Assembly: GCF_000372725.1 (NCBI RefSeq)
Contig: NW_005201391.1
Location: 174,736-238,735, forward strand
Direction of reading: 5' to 3'
Source of the DNA: Emiliania huxleyi CCMP1516
Taxonomy: Eukaryota
Length of the DNA stretch: 64,000 bases
This document shows positions 11,915 to 24,281 of the stretch, one piece after another; the stretch's first letter is position 1; the number at the start of each line of letters is the position of its first letter. The position numbers and the translations under genes were made by a program. The notes beneath the pieces are model-generated. The model saw nothing but the letters and a program-made list of their open reading frames with translations. It ran no database searches and had not been told where the DNA came from.

Positions 11915-12222
11915 GATTTCTGTGGGACGGGCGAACGAGCGGGCGTCAATAGACTGGAGGTGCAAGGGAGTAGCGAGAGCGCTGATTGTGCGTTTTGGGC
12001 GCAGTGCGTGCGGCGTAGAGCTGGGCGCGAGCTGGGCGCGAGCGGGCCGCGGCGTTTCGGAGGCGGCCGAGGCGTGGGAGGGTGTGATGCGGCTGCTAGG
12101 GGCGGTGTCTGCACGTGCGAAGGCGAGGGATGCCTGGTGAGTGGAAGTGGCCTCGGTGCCTCCGTTCGCAGTTCTTGCCCGGAGACTCCCGCGCCCGGGG
12201 TCGTCTTTTTCAGTGTGTACGT

Positions 12223-12422
12223 GCTGTTCTTCACCTTTCTACCTACCTACCTACGTTCTGTCGCATGTGAGTCGGAGCCTGGCTGTTCTTCACCTTCCTA
12301 ACGTACGTACGTACTAAAAGGTGTTTTGTCCAGTCCTCGACATCCGCATCGGAGCATTCTTTTAAATTAGGACCATAAGCGGGACTACGGACGCCCTCTA
12401 TGTGACTGTTCTTCACCTTCCT
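12223..12422 (+). repeat. Three clustered copies of a retroelement-tail-like motif CTGTTCTTCACCTTYCT(ACCT)n; fourth copy at ~15171-15210
   Basis: Copies at ~12223, ~12282 and ~12405. GAGCCTGGCTGTTCTTCACCTT is shared by ~12275 and ~15175; three of the four copies are followed by short tetranucleotide repeats. Confidence 0.6.
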
Positions 12423-12540
12423 CACTACGGAAGCTTTGCGGCAGATTGCATCCCCCCGCATTTTTCTTCATTTTGCCGCCTTCGTATCCCGGGCGAGTCT
12501 GCTGGTTGGTTCTCCTTGGTCGACTTCCAGGCCGCGCGGG

Positions 12541-13224
12541 ATGAGCTCACCGATCCAGTCCTCAGCGGTGGCAGCCAAGCCAGCCTGCAAGTACGGCGCT
12601 CAGTGCTACCGCAGTCTCAACCCCGTGCACACGGCCGAGTACTCGCACCCGATCCCGCCGCAGCTAGGGCTCGACGTCACCAACCTTCCAACTTCGGCAA
12701 AAAAACGCCCCGCGCCGCAACCCAGCCTACGACTCATCTTTGCCGAAGGCTGCCAAGCCGGAGGGTCGCGCCGCAAAGCCGGCGGACCGCGCCGCCAAGC
12801 AGGCGGCCAAGCTAGACGAGAAGGAGGCGCGCGAGCGGCGCAAGGCCATCGGCGACGCCATCAAGGAAGGGATGCGGCTTCCCGCAGAGTGCGTCATACA
12901 TTGTAGCGATATGTTGGTGGGCCAATCCTCACAGGGTCGGCTGTGAGCAGGCCCGGCACGCTCACCTTTCGCGGTGTGCGGCCGGCCGTGATGGACCTCA
13001 TCTTCCAGGGCGCGCTTCCGTCCGCCGCCGCCTCCGCCTCCGTCCAGCTCACGCAGCCGCAGCTAGTGGCCGTCTTTGGCACCACCAAGATTGAAAAGGG
13101 CGGCTCGCGCGACGCGAGGTACGTGTGCGAGCGGGCGACTGCGCGCTACGACTCGGCGACCATGGTGCTGCACTTGGACTACTTTCCAAAGCACACTGGG
13201 TCGGGCGTGTGGTGGCGCAACTGA
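12541..13224 (+). CDS. Protein with N-terminal PBZ (poly-ADP-ribose-binding CCHH) zinc finger
   Basis: KPACKYGAQCYRSLNPVHTAEYSHP matches the CxYGxxCYRxNPxHxxxYxH pattern. Downstream coding segments lie in different frames (introns or frameshifts, unresolved). Confidence 0.65.
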
Positions 13225-13889
13225 ACGGTAAAAGTACCAGGCCGCGTGGCGCCGCACGCAGCAGCGTTGACGCAAGAGCTTCTCTTTTGTAATCGCATTG
13301 TGTGTCCGCTATATGCGCGCGTCGGCGTGAGCGGTTCGGCGTTCGACTGTGTGTGAGAGCCCCCTGTGTGACACACGCATCTCGCATGTCCATGTGTTGC
13401 CGGGATGTGAAAGATAGGGGGGGGGGGGGGGGCATCCTTAGGTTCGCCTCTCACACCCTCACTGTCTGTGTCCGAGCTTCTTGTTTCCGCTTATCAACGC
13501 CTATAACGGTGAGAGCTTTACGGTGAGCTTTCCTGTGTGGAGAGCGGACTAATAGATGACTAACTCCCTCGGAGAACCGTGTTTATTTTACGGCCCTTTC
13601 CCTGCGAACGCGCACCCCCAGGGCTAGGGCTCTCTTGCCCGCAACCCGATGCCAATCATCCGGCCCGCTGGGTGCGCTTCTTAGCTCCCCGGCCCTGGAT
13701 GTGCGGTTGATGACTGCACTCCAAGTGCTCCAAGAAAGAGCGCCTGGGTAAATAATACAGCACACCGTACACCGTACGAGCTGGCAAAAGCGAAAAGGAC
13801 GATAGGACTTGCCGGAGGAGGTGGTGGCTACGACTTTGGACCTTTGCGAGAGGTGGCGAGCGGAGCAAGAGCAGTAGTGTGTGTAGGGC

Positions 13890-14220
13890 TGTTAATTATT
13901 AATTATGAATAGTCTGTATTCAGAATTTCGTTGGGGGGAGGTATTCAGTCGGGGGCAGTGAGGGTCCAGCTGGGGGGTGTAATTACTTATTTATTAGTTA
14001 GTAATTAGGATAATAACTATTAATTATGAATCATCGGGCGGCGGCGCGGAGCGGGCGGCGGGGCGGCGCGAGGCGGCGGCGCGGCGAGGCAGCTGGCGAC
14101 GCAGGGCGGAGCGGCGCGGCGGCGGGTGGGGTAATTACTTAATTATTACCTAATTATTAATTAATAATCATCGGGCGGCGGCGCGGCGCGGCGGCGGGCG
14201 GGGCGGAGCGGGGCGGCGAG
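13890..14220. repeat. Bipartite AT-rich/GC-rich tandem repeat
   Basis: GTAATTACTTA..TAATTA..AATCATCGGGCGGCGGCGCGG unit at ~13979 and ~14131, plus a partial copy at 13890. Confidence 0.7.
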
Positions 14221-14223
14221 ACC

Positions 14224-15210
14224 ATCTGTACTGAACGGGCCAGCTAGCTGGTCTTTGAGTCAGCGCAATGGTCGCGCCGCCCTCGACTCAAGGGGCTGCC
14301 TTCCACCCGTAGCTGCTCAGGCCGGGGGAGGGGGAGAGGTCTCCTGTTCCGCGGAACGCGAGCAGGCCCCTCCTTGCCCGGTCTGTGATGCGGGGCGGTG
14401 GTCGTGCCATCGTCGCTTCGTACGCGCAACAACCCCGCCGCAATGGTCGCCGGCGCGCGACACGTTCCCGTCAGCAGGACTGTCCTCGCCGAATGCGTGC
14501 CGCCAAGGCGGGACGCACTCAGGGAGAGTGCAGACGGGACGCGGCTCGAGGGGCGGCTCCCGCGGAGGCACGACTGGCATCCGTGGCGCGGGGCTCGTCT
14601 TCGAAAAGTCGGGCATGGCTCTACCCGCAACTCTCTCGCTGACACGCGCACCCCGTCGACCTTACGATGGGCGCGCTGCGGTCGCACGCCTCCCAAGTCA
14701 TACGCCGCGGCGTGCGATCTAGATTCAGCCCACGTGCCTCCACTCGCTTACACTCATACAATGAATTGACATCTCCCACATGAGTGCGAGTTAGGGCTAG
14801 CAGTAGGGAAGGCAGCTAGCCTGAGAGGAGAGCGTCCATAGACACCTCACATGACCCCACACACGGTCTCGCCCATGCCTTGCGGCTGGCGGCGAGATTG
14901 CTAGAGGCGGAGCAAGCCTGCTCAAGCCTCACACGTTCGCACTTGTCGCCTGTCTGTGTTGTTGTGCTGTTGTTTGTTCTCTTGGCACCTTGGAGTGCTG
15001 GGGGGGGCGACAGGGAGAATGTGGCCCTGAGTTATGTGTACGCCAACTCAGGGTGTGTGGCAGCCAGCTGGCTGTGTGTCTTGACTCTTGTGAGCCTGTT
15101 TGTGTCTGAGTGTCGCTCGTGCGTGTCGTCATCATCTGTCTAGCGTCCACCCATACCGCGTTGGTGTCCAGTCCGAGCCTGGCTGTTCTTCACCTTTCTA
15201 CCTAACCTAA
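14224..15210 (+). mobile_element. Putative non-autonomous retroelement (hairpin-rich 5' part, microsatellite tail)
   Basis: Many inverted-repeat stems at 14240-14720; ends in the CTGTTCTTCACCTTTCTACCTAACCTA tail shared with 12223-12422; no convincing ORF. Confidence 0.35.
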
Positions 15211-17239
15211 AGGGCTGTAGGCGCGTCCACGCGGCGCAGCGGCTCTCCCGCGACCACAGCCCCTCCCGCAGCCGCAGCCGTAACCGCAGCCCCAACTCGC
15301 GCCGCTCTTCTATAGTGTCGGTTAAAAAACGACGGGACGACCTCCGACGTCCTTGATCCTCGCGCGACGTCGATGATTTCCCAACGTTCTCACGTCGAAG
15401 AAATAAGCGCGGTTTGAGTTGAGTCTTGGGCCGCGATTGCGGGATATGCAGGAGAGCTGCTGCTGGGGGGCGCTGATCTCGCAAGCGAGGTGCCGGCGTT
15501 CGAACTTGACGCTGCCAGAGATCACCCCCTTCCTCGCCCAATTCTGCGCGGGCTGCCACGAGTCGGTGTCGAGGTTTGGTGTCGAGGTGTCGAGGCCAGG
15601 GCTCAGGTCAAACCATCGCAGCACCACGCGGTTTATACGTACCGCCCATATCCCCTCCACCGCTGAGAAGGCGCAGATCGACCGCCGGGCCCCGCAGTCG
15701 TCGTTAAGGAGCGGTTTTTGGAGCCGTACGAAGGGGTCCAAAACGGGCGAACATGCGGTTTTTCGATGACCACGCGCGATGTGGTATCTGCTTTTTGCTA
15801 AAAACGGGCCGCCTAGTGCAGCATCATTAGTAAAACACGCAACCACACTTAGAGCTCCACAGTAGATGCTTTTGACACGAGCGCCGACGGCGTCACGGTC
15901 GCCGGAGTGGACGCACTGGGCACTGCACACACATTGTGACCGTGTCGTTGGTGTGACAGTGAGCGACACAATCGTCGGCGCCGCGCTATCGCGGCGCCCC
16001 GCAGTCTACAGAACACACCGCAGGGGCACCCCTGAACGCGCCATGAGCGCGCAGGCACACAGCAGCGCCGCGCCAAAAGGCCATTCCCTCGCCCGACCCG
16101 TGGCTCCACCGTGGCTGCAGCGGTCCGCTCACTTGCACAGGGCAAAAACGTGTAGCTTGACAGACGAGTTGTGATGATCAGTGCTGGCGGAGCCTCATCG
16201 CCGCGAATGTTGCCAGTCGCAGCGGGATCTGACGTCGCGTTCGAGGTGTGCATTGGCGGAGGGGTCGCATGGCTGAGAGAGACAGAGGCAGCAGGCGGGT
16301 GGTGGGGCGGCACCTGTGGTTGCTGCCATGGGCAGCGCCAAGCCGCGGCGGAGTCGCTCCGTAGGTCCGCGTTGAGCCGCACGAGTGCGCCGACCCGTCG
16401 TGAGGTGCCTGCGCGGGGGGGTGATGTCGCGCCGATGGCTGAGTACGCGCGGCGTGAGCGGATTTGCGCGGAGAGGCGGCGCGCAGGAGGCAAGGGTGGG
16501 CGCGCCGGCGGTCGAGCCACCGAACGATTCGACGTGGCGCAGCTCGCGCCGGCGAGTACGACCGAGCTCATGCTGTCGGCGGCGGTCACGCGACGAGAGA
16601 GAGCCGCAGGAGCCCTCTGAGGACCCGGCGTACAGAGCGTCAGAGCGGCGATGAGCGGCGCGTGCGATCAGCCATCTGTGGGCGGTCACCGGGGTGGCGG
16701 TCAAGCACGCTCCGGGGTGGATCTGGTGCTTCTAGCATATCACTGGTGGGCTGGGTGTGCAGCAGCAGCGCTCAAAATGAGGCAAAAAACTCGACTGCTG
16801 TTTTGAGCTCGACGCGCCGTTCTCGGCCCAGCCGAAAAGCTGGCTGCTGGTCGCGCGCGGCGCGTCGGCGCGGCTCCGGCTGGTCGGGCACCTCGGCTGG
16901 GTCCATCGGCAAGAGGCCAGCCCCGTCGGGCAGCCCCGCGAGCGCATGTAGCCCCACCCCCAGACGCTGTAGCCCCACCCCCAGATCGCGCTGTTGGTGG
17001 GAAATGAGCACGTGCCAGGGGGGGGGGGGGGGTGCGCCTCGGTAGTCGGGGTACCCTAGAATCTGACACATTTGCGGATGTGACGGGGCGGACTGTTAAC
17101 CGCGTCATTGAAAGTGTCGAGTCCAAGTTCATCAAACAAGCGCAATTTGTAAGAAACGCTCAAATCTACTGTTATCATTAATTCCCGAACACTCTCCCCT
17201 CTGGCAGTCTGTACAGTGAAGTAGCCCCCTGGGCCGCTG

Positions 17240-20200
17240 TCAATCATAATTCCACATGTCAGCCCCGCGCACAGCTTTCCTCGCCCGCGTCTCCTCCCAA
17301 GCGTCTCTGTCTCGGCCGTGGTCGTGATCAAAGCGCGAGAAGGCAAAGACCGTAGCGTACGGCGATCCCACCTCGTACATCGCCGCGCTGCCCTCGATGG
17401 CGCCCTCTGCCATCGCCGTCGTTGTGAAAATGCCCTCCTCGGGGTACTCATCGACGGCACCGTGGCGCGGCGTCCTCGCAGCAAAGGTTTGGCCGATGAT
17501 CCCGTGCGGAGTGAGCGACGGGTCCGCCTCGCCGCCGCGGACAGCGAACGTGACATCGAGCCGGTGCTCGGGTCCAGAGAGACGGCCGTACACGTAGTTG
17601 CCTCGGATCCTGATGACCCAGCCGCGCACGGAGAAGACGGCGCTGGAGAACTTGAGGCGAACGGATAGCTCCTCGCACGCCTTCGTTTCGCCCATGCCCA
17701 GCGTGTACGTGCTGTGGTAGCCGCACGTGCCGTTGACGACATGCCATCCCGTGTTGAACTCGTTCAGCTCGGCACCCCAAAAGGAGGCGGTCGCCATCTT
17801 CCGCTTGGCGCCGCCGACGCGGGCGACTAGATGCACCTCGGTGATGAACGAGCCGTGGACGGTCAGCTTCCCGCGGTGCAGCTTGAAGGTGGCCTCCTCT
17901 GTCTTGACGTTGACGGCCAACCCGAGCGTCGAGAGGAAGTTGTATATCGCGCCGTGACGGCCGCGAAAGTCGGCACGGCCCCCGCGGGCTAGGTAGAGAT
18001 GCGGGTCCTTCTCGCCTCCGACGGGAGCCGAGGGAGGCGAGGGCGGCGTCGGTAGCACGTAAAGGGTTGTGGTGGGTGGCGGTGAGGGTGGTGGTGGCGA
18101 GGAAAAGGTTTCGCTCAGCAGCCTCTCTGAGAGCGCCCGGCGAGAGGCAGCCACGCAGTTGCTTCCGGTGTAGAACAAGCAGTGCGAGCTGTTCATCTCA
18201 AATGCGCAGTAGCTCTGCGTCGACGTCTGGTTACAGCACTCGTTGTTGTCCGTGACCAGCACGAGGGTAGCGCCACTGCCGAGCTGGGAATCGGCGTAGA
18301 CCTCGTATCCGGGACAAGACGCGGGCGCTTCTGGCGGCGGTGGCGGTGGTGGCGAGGGCGGCGGCGGTGGTGACGAGGGCGGTGGCGAGGGTGGCGGCGG
18401 CGAGGGTGGTGGTGGCGAGGGCGGTGATGGGTTGAGGAGTGCGTACGGCACAGAGGGCGGCGGCGGTGAGAGCGGTGGAGGAAACAGCGGCGGGGGTGAG
18501 GGCGCCGGAGACGAGGGCGGCGGCGGCGAGGGTGGTTGTGAGGGCGGCGGCGGCGAGGGCGGAGGCGGCGAGGGCGGAGGCGGCGAGGGCGGAGGAGATG
18601 GAAATGGGCTGATGAGGGAATACGGCACAGAGGGCGGCAGCGGCGATGGTGGCGGCGGCGAGGGCGGTGGAGGTGATGGCGGTGGCGGCGATGGTGGCGG
18701 TGGTGAGGGTGGAAGCGAGGGAGAGGGTGGCGGCGACGAGGGCGGTGGCGGCGAGGGCGGTGGAGGAGACGGCGGAGGCGGNNNNNNNNNNNNNNNNNNN
18801 NNNNNNNNNNNNNNNNNNNNNNNNNNNNNNNNNNNNNNNNNNNNNNNNNNNNNNNNNNNNNNNNNNNNNNNNNNNNNNNNNNNNNNNNNNNNNNNNNNNN
18901 NNNNNNNNNNNNNNNNNNNNNNNNNNNNNNNNNNNNNNNNNNNNNNNNNNNNNNNNNNNNNNNNNNNNNNNNNNNNNNNNNNNNNNNNNNNNNNNNNNNN
19001 NNNNNNNNNNNNNNNNNNNNNNNNNNNNNNNNNNNNNNNNNNNNNNNNATGGCGGCGGCGGCGAGGCGGGCGGCGGCGAGGGCGGCGGCGGCGAGGGAGG
19101 TGGCCGCGAGGGTGGCGGTGGCGATGGCGGCGGCGACGAGGGTGGCGGCGACGAGGGCGGCGGCGGTGATGGCGGCGGAGGAGACGGCGGCGGTGGTGAT
19201 GGGGGCGGTGGTGAGGGCGGCGGCGATGAGGGCGGCGGCGGTGAGGGCGGAGGCGGCGATGGCGGTGGCGGCGATGGCGGGGGTGGGGACGGCGGCGGGG
19301 ACGAAGGCGGAGGCGGTGATGGTGGCGGCGGCGAGGGCGGAGGCGGTGATGGTGGCGGCGGCGATGGCGGCGGTGGCGATGGGGGCGGCGACGAGGGCGG
19401 CGGCGACGAGGGCGGCGGTGGCGAGGGTGGCGGCGGCGATGGCGGCGGCGGCGACGGTGGCGGCGGCGAGGGTGGCGGCGGCGAGGGCGGCATTGAGGGT
19501 GGAGGTGACGAGGGCGGCGGTGGCGATGGCGGCGGCGGCGAGGGCGGCGGCGGCGAGGGTGGGGTCGTATCGACGAGCGCTATCGGTCANNNNNNNNNNN
19601 NNNNNNNNNNNNNNNNNNNNNNNNNNNNNNNNNNNNNNNNNNNNNNNNNNNNNNNNNNNNNNNNNNNNNNNNNNNNNNNNNNNNNNNNNNNNNNNNNNNN
19701 NNNNNNNNNNNNNNNNNNNNNNNNNNNNNNNNNNNNNNNNNNNNNNNNNNNNNNNNNNNNNNNNNNNNNNNNNNNNNNNNNNNNNNNNNNNNNNNNNNNN
19801 NNNNNNNNNNNNNNNNNNNNNNNNNNNNNNNNNNNNNNNNNNNNNNNNNNNNNNNNNNNNNNNNNNNNNNNNNNNNNNNNNNNNNNNNNNNNNNNNNNNN
19901 NNNNNNNNNNNNNNNNNNNNNNNNNNNNNNNNNNNNNNNNNNNNNNNNNNNNNNNNNNNNNNNNNNNNNNNNNNNNNNNNNNNNNNNNNNNNNNNNNNNG
20001 TTATGGCCGTCGTTGGTGGCATTGAGGGTGGAGGTGGCGACGGTGGCGGCGGCGAGGGTGGGGGTGGCGACGGTGGCGGCGGCGAGGGCGGCGCCGAGGG
20101 TGGGGTTGGCGAGGGCGGCGGTGGAGACGGCGGCGGCGGCGAGGGGGGCGGCGGCGAGGGGGGCGGCGGCGAGGGCGGCGGCGACGAGGGTGGCGGCGGC

Positions 20201-21300
20201 GAGGGCGGTGGTGGAGACGGCGGCGGGGGTGAGGGAGGTGGCGGCGAAGGCGGGGGCGGCGAGGGTGGTAGCGAGGGGGGCGGCGGCGAGGGGGGCGGCG
20301 GCGAGGGCGGCGGCGGCGAGGGAGGTGGCGGCGAGGGTGGCGGTGGCGATGGCGGCGGCGACGAGGGTGGGGGCGACGAGGGCGGCGGCGGTGATGGCGG
20401 CGGAGGAGATGGCGGCGGTGGTGATGGCGGCGGTGGCGAGGGCGGCGGCGACGAGGGCGGCGGCAGCGAGGGCGGAGGGCTGGAGGGCGGAGGGCTTGAG
20501 GGCGGCGGCAGCGAGGGTGGAGGGCTGGAAGGCGGCGGCAACGAGGGCGGCGGGCTCGAGGGCGGCGGACTCGAGGGCGGAGGAAGCGAGGGCGGCGGGC
20601 TTGAAGGCGGCGGCAGCGAGGGCGGAGGGCTGGAGGGCGGAGGGCTGGAAGGCGGCGGCAACGAGGGTGGAGGGCTGGAGGGCGGCGGGCTCGAGGGTGG
20701 CGGCATCGAGGGTGGAGGGCTCGAAGGTGGTGGCAGCGAGGGTGGAGGGCTCGAGGGCGGCGGGCTCGAGGGCGGCGGCAGTGAGGGTGGCGGCAGCGAG
20801 GGCGGAGGGCTGGATGGTGGAGGGCTTGATGGCGGAGGCAGCGAGGGCGGAGGCAGTGAGGGTGGAGGGCTGGAGGGCGGCGGGCTTGAGGGCGGCGGCA
20901 GCGAGGGTGGAGGGCTTGAGGGCGGCGGCAGCGAGGGTGGAGGGCTTGATGGCGGCGGGCTCGAGGGCGGCGGCAGCGAGGGCGGCGGCAGCGAGGGCGG
21001 AGGGCTGGATGGTGGAGGGCTTGAGGGCGGAGGAAGCGAGGGCGGCGGAGAATCGGAAGTCAGGGTTCGAGTTGAAAATGAGGTGGCCACGAAGCACGAG
21101 AGCGCGTCTGGGCTTGAGTCGAAGCAGCATTCTGCACTCAGGCTCAAGCACGCCCTCTCGCTGATCCCAGGGAATGCACCGTCGCACGGTGACCGCGCTG
21201 ACGCGGCAGCTTTTAACTCCCTTGCGCATGCAGGTCGACTCTCTGCTCGTGCAGCGCTCGCCGCTGCAACGAGAATCGCCGGGACCCGGGCCCCTCGCAT
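17240..21300 (-). CDS. Secreted Ser-Pro4 (extensin-like) glycoprotein with trefoil domain, Cys-rich module and C-terminal VWD-like domain
   Basis: Signal-like [19 protein letters not shown]; trefoil-like [32 protein letters not shown]; ~2.7 kb of 15-bp repeats encoding [15 protein letters not shown] with two N-gaps; C..CC..C..C..C module; C-terminal [28 protein letters not shown]. Confidence 0.8.
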
Positions 21301-23195
21301 GTGCCGCAGCTGTGGTACCGCCCAGCAGCCGCGCACGGGAGGCACGTCCGCCGGCTTTGTAAATTGGCCCGTAATAGGGCGGTAATACAATTGGCGTTTT
21401 CGGCCGTGTAGTTCAGGCCAAACTGAGGCCGAATCTCGCCAATTGTACTACCGGCGCCTTCATGTGATGTGAAGCCTCCGGAAGCCTCTAGGGGGGGCCA
21501 GACCCCCCCCCCCCTACCTACTACGCATGTGTGTGTGGTGTGAGCACAAAATCACCGCGCAGGCACCGACCGCGAGCGGCCTCCTGCCCCAGTTGCTTAA
21601 GCAGCAGCGCTTGTCGGAGCCGAGTGTGGGTTGTGGGGACTGACTGGTGTGGCCGGGCGCGGCGGCATGGTGCCGGCTGGCTGGCTGCTTTCGTGCCAGC
21701 CGTTCGTTCGCGCTCGTTGAACCACACGTGAGACGTGTCCCTCCTTTCACACTCTCCTAAAAATCACCCATCGCCACAACGCGGTGTTGATGGGGGAAAA
21801 AGTTATATCTTTGCTTCCAACACCCGGACGTTCCCAGGGTGATGGAAGGTTCGACGCACCCCCGGACTGGGCGGAGAGATCCCAGGGTAAAGACCCTGGG
21901 CTGTCCGCCCCGCCCCCACTTGCCCTGACTGCACAGGATAGCGTGCCCCGACAAAGAAACGGCGACACATAGCGGGGGACCTGCGCCGGGGGGTATGCCT
22001 AACTTGGTGCTTTGTGTGGGTCGCGTTCCCTTGGTAGCTGTGTGGCTGAAGCCCTCTCGTGCCGCTGGCGTGCCCCCTCCAGCGGCTGGCCCCTCGAGAC
22101 TGTCGGTGCTTGGCGGGAGGAGGGGGAGAGGGAGGCCCGGTGGGAGGAGAGGGAGAGGGAGGCCCGGTGGGAGGTTGGGAGGGAGAGGGAGGCCGCCTTG
22201 GGCTCTTCTCCTCTCCCCTCCCTGGGCTCTTCTCCTCTCCCCTCCCTGGGCTCTTCTCCCCTCTCCTGCCTGGTACTCTCGGCCTGATTACCGGAGCGTC
22301 TGCTGGAGCAGACGCTGGGGGGACTCTCGCCCGGAGGCGGATGGGGATGGGGGGGCGCCGCGCCGCCGCCGCCGTGCCGCCTTCTCCCGCAGCTCCCGCT
22401 TTGACCTCCCCCAGCTGCTTCTCCTCAGCTCAACCTGTGAGCTTGCGAGGGCGGCGGGGGTGGGAGTGCTCTCGGGCGGCGTGTGCGAGCGCGCGCGGCG
22501 CGCGATCTCTTTCAAGAGTGAGATCGCTCGCACTATTTCACGTTATATGAGGCGCTGCCCCTGACTGCCTTTGCAAGAACCGCCAGCGGCGTGGTTGAAC
22601 CGTTCGCGGTTCGAGCCGGGAGCTTTTGGCTCCCGGTTCGAAACTCGCGTGGAGGGTCGCTTCGCGGGCGACGCGAGCGCGCGCGCGCGTGCGCGTGCGC
22701 GTGCGCGGCTGCAAGGCGAGGCGAGGCGCAGGCGCAGGCAAGGCGAGGCGGGCGGCGGCGGCGCGCGATCGCTTCTTTTGCTCGGGTGAGGCGTGCGCGC
22801 GGTGAAGACGGCGCACGCTAGAGAAGTTCTTGGATCTTGCCATCTAAGAATCTTGGTTGACCCACCGCGGTGGCAGCGAGCCAGAGCAAGCGACCTGCCG
22901 CATGACGGGTAGACCTCGCGGTGTTGATGGAAAACAGCTGGGGCCTCGGCCCTTCTCTTGCATCCCCGCGTAGGTCCCGGCGTGAGCTTGCGGTATTTTT
23001 TCACTCTGACACCTGTGTATGTGTGCGGATCGGTGATACGGTGTGTATCTTGTGCAGCGGCCGTGCCGTTTGGGAGCCATCCCCGCCGCCGCGCGCGCTC
23101 TCTGCTCTCAGTGTGGACGTCACGTCACGGGGGGGGTCGTCGTTGCACATTGTATGGCATGGGCTATAGCCGTGCGACACACTTTCAATACACGT

Positions 23196-24281
23196 TCACC
23201 TGGCACCGCCCGCCTCTCGCGCCGCCGCTCGCCGCGCCCAAGCCACCTCACGCCTCCACAGTGCGATTGGCCGTGCGGGGAGGCCAGCGATGGTGGTGCC
23301 GGGCGAGTCCACGTGCGAGGTCACACCCGAGCACGCGGCGACGCGAGTGCCTGCGGTTGCGCGGGTGTTGTCTTTTGTGCGGGTGGGGGGCGGGGGGCAG
23401 CTCGGGGGGCGTGCCGGGCCGAGTTGCGGACAGGGGGTGCCGACAGGGAAGGGGAGGGCGGCGAGCTGGCGTGCGCACCTGCGGCGACGGAGACGTGGTC
23501 GGCGACGGCGGCCTTGCCCCCGAGCACGCAGTAGTCTCCTGCCACCACAGGAGCGGCTGAGAGGGAGGGGACGCCTCTCCGCTGCAGACTACAGCAGGAC
23601 TTTGTCGCGGCACCCAGTGTCGCCGAGCCACCGAGCGCCACGTCAGCGCACAGCAGGCAGCCGACACCGATGACGACGTTGTGGCCGACCTGGGACGGGA
23701 CAGCCGGTGTTGGTCGATCGCTGTGGGAAGAACGGCTCGGTGAGGGAAGGGTCCAGTGCCGTCTCGCACACCTGCACCAAATTGTCCATCTTGGTGTGTG
23801 CACCGATGCTCGTGTCGCGCCACGAGCCGCGATCGATGCACGAGCCGGCTCCGACCTCGACGTCTCGCCCGACCACCACGCGTCTCCTCTGCGGCTTCTT
23901 CACCGGCAGCACGTCGCCCTCCAGCACGCTCCCGACGCTGCGCTCGAGGCGCTGGCTTTCCCGGCTCTGCTCGGCGCCTGCCGGCGTCCCTGGAACGAAG
24001 CCGAAGCCGTCGGCTCCGATGCGCACTCCAGCGTGCAACGTGCATCCGCCGCCGATCGAGCAGTGCTGCAGCGACGTGTGCGGCCCGACACTCGTCCCAG
24101 CACCCACCGAAACAGATGAGCCGACGACCGCGCCCGGCCCGAGCACGACGCCCGCGCCCACGCGAGCGCGTGCCTCGACCACGACGCCAGGAGCGAGCCG
24201 CGCTGAGGGGTGCACGCGCGCTGTCGCGTGGATCGTCGCGCCGTCCACCCACCGCCAGGCTCTGCTCCAGCTTCTGCGCAT
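23196..24281 (-). CDS. lpxD: UDP-3-O-acylglucosamine N-acyltransferase (LpxD-like), spliced
   Basis: Hexapeptide repeats plus IGADGFGF, VEVGAGSCIDRG, DTSIGAHTKMDNLVQ|VGHNVVIG, LGGKAAVADHV and G.PARP; stop TGA 23196-23198. Confidence 0.9.

Noticed and set aside
9007..12234. 1075-aa ORF as a giant IMPDH
   Set aside because: Read-through of stop-poor, C-rich introns. The real exons are spread over several frames.
15322..17071. Several 100-250-aa ORFs
   Set aside because: No recognisable motifs, and stops interrupt the most plausible frame. Cannot be supported as genes.
18432..21385. Long Gly/Glu-rich and Ala-rich ORFs on the + strand and in alternate frames
   Set aside because: Shadow frames of the 15-bp Ser-Pro4 repeats.
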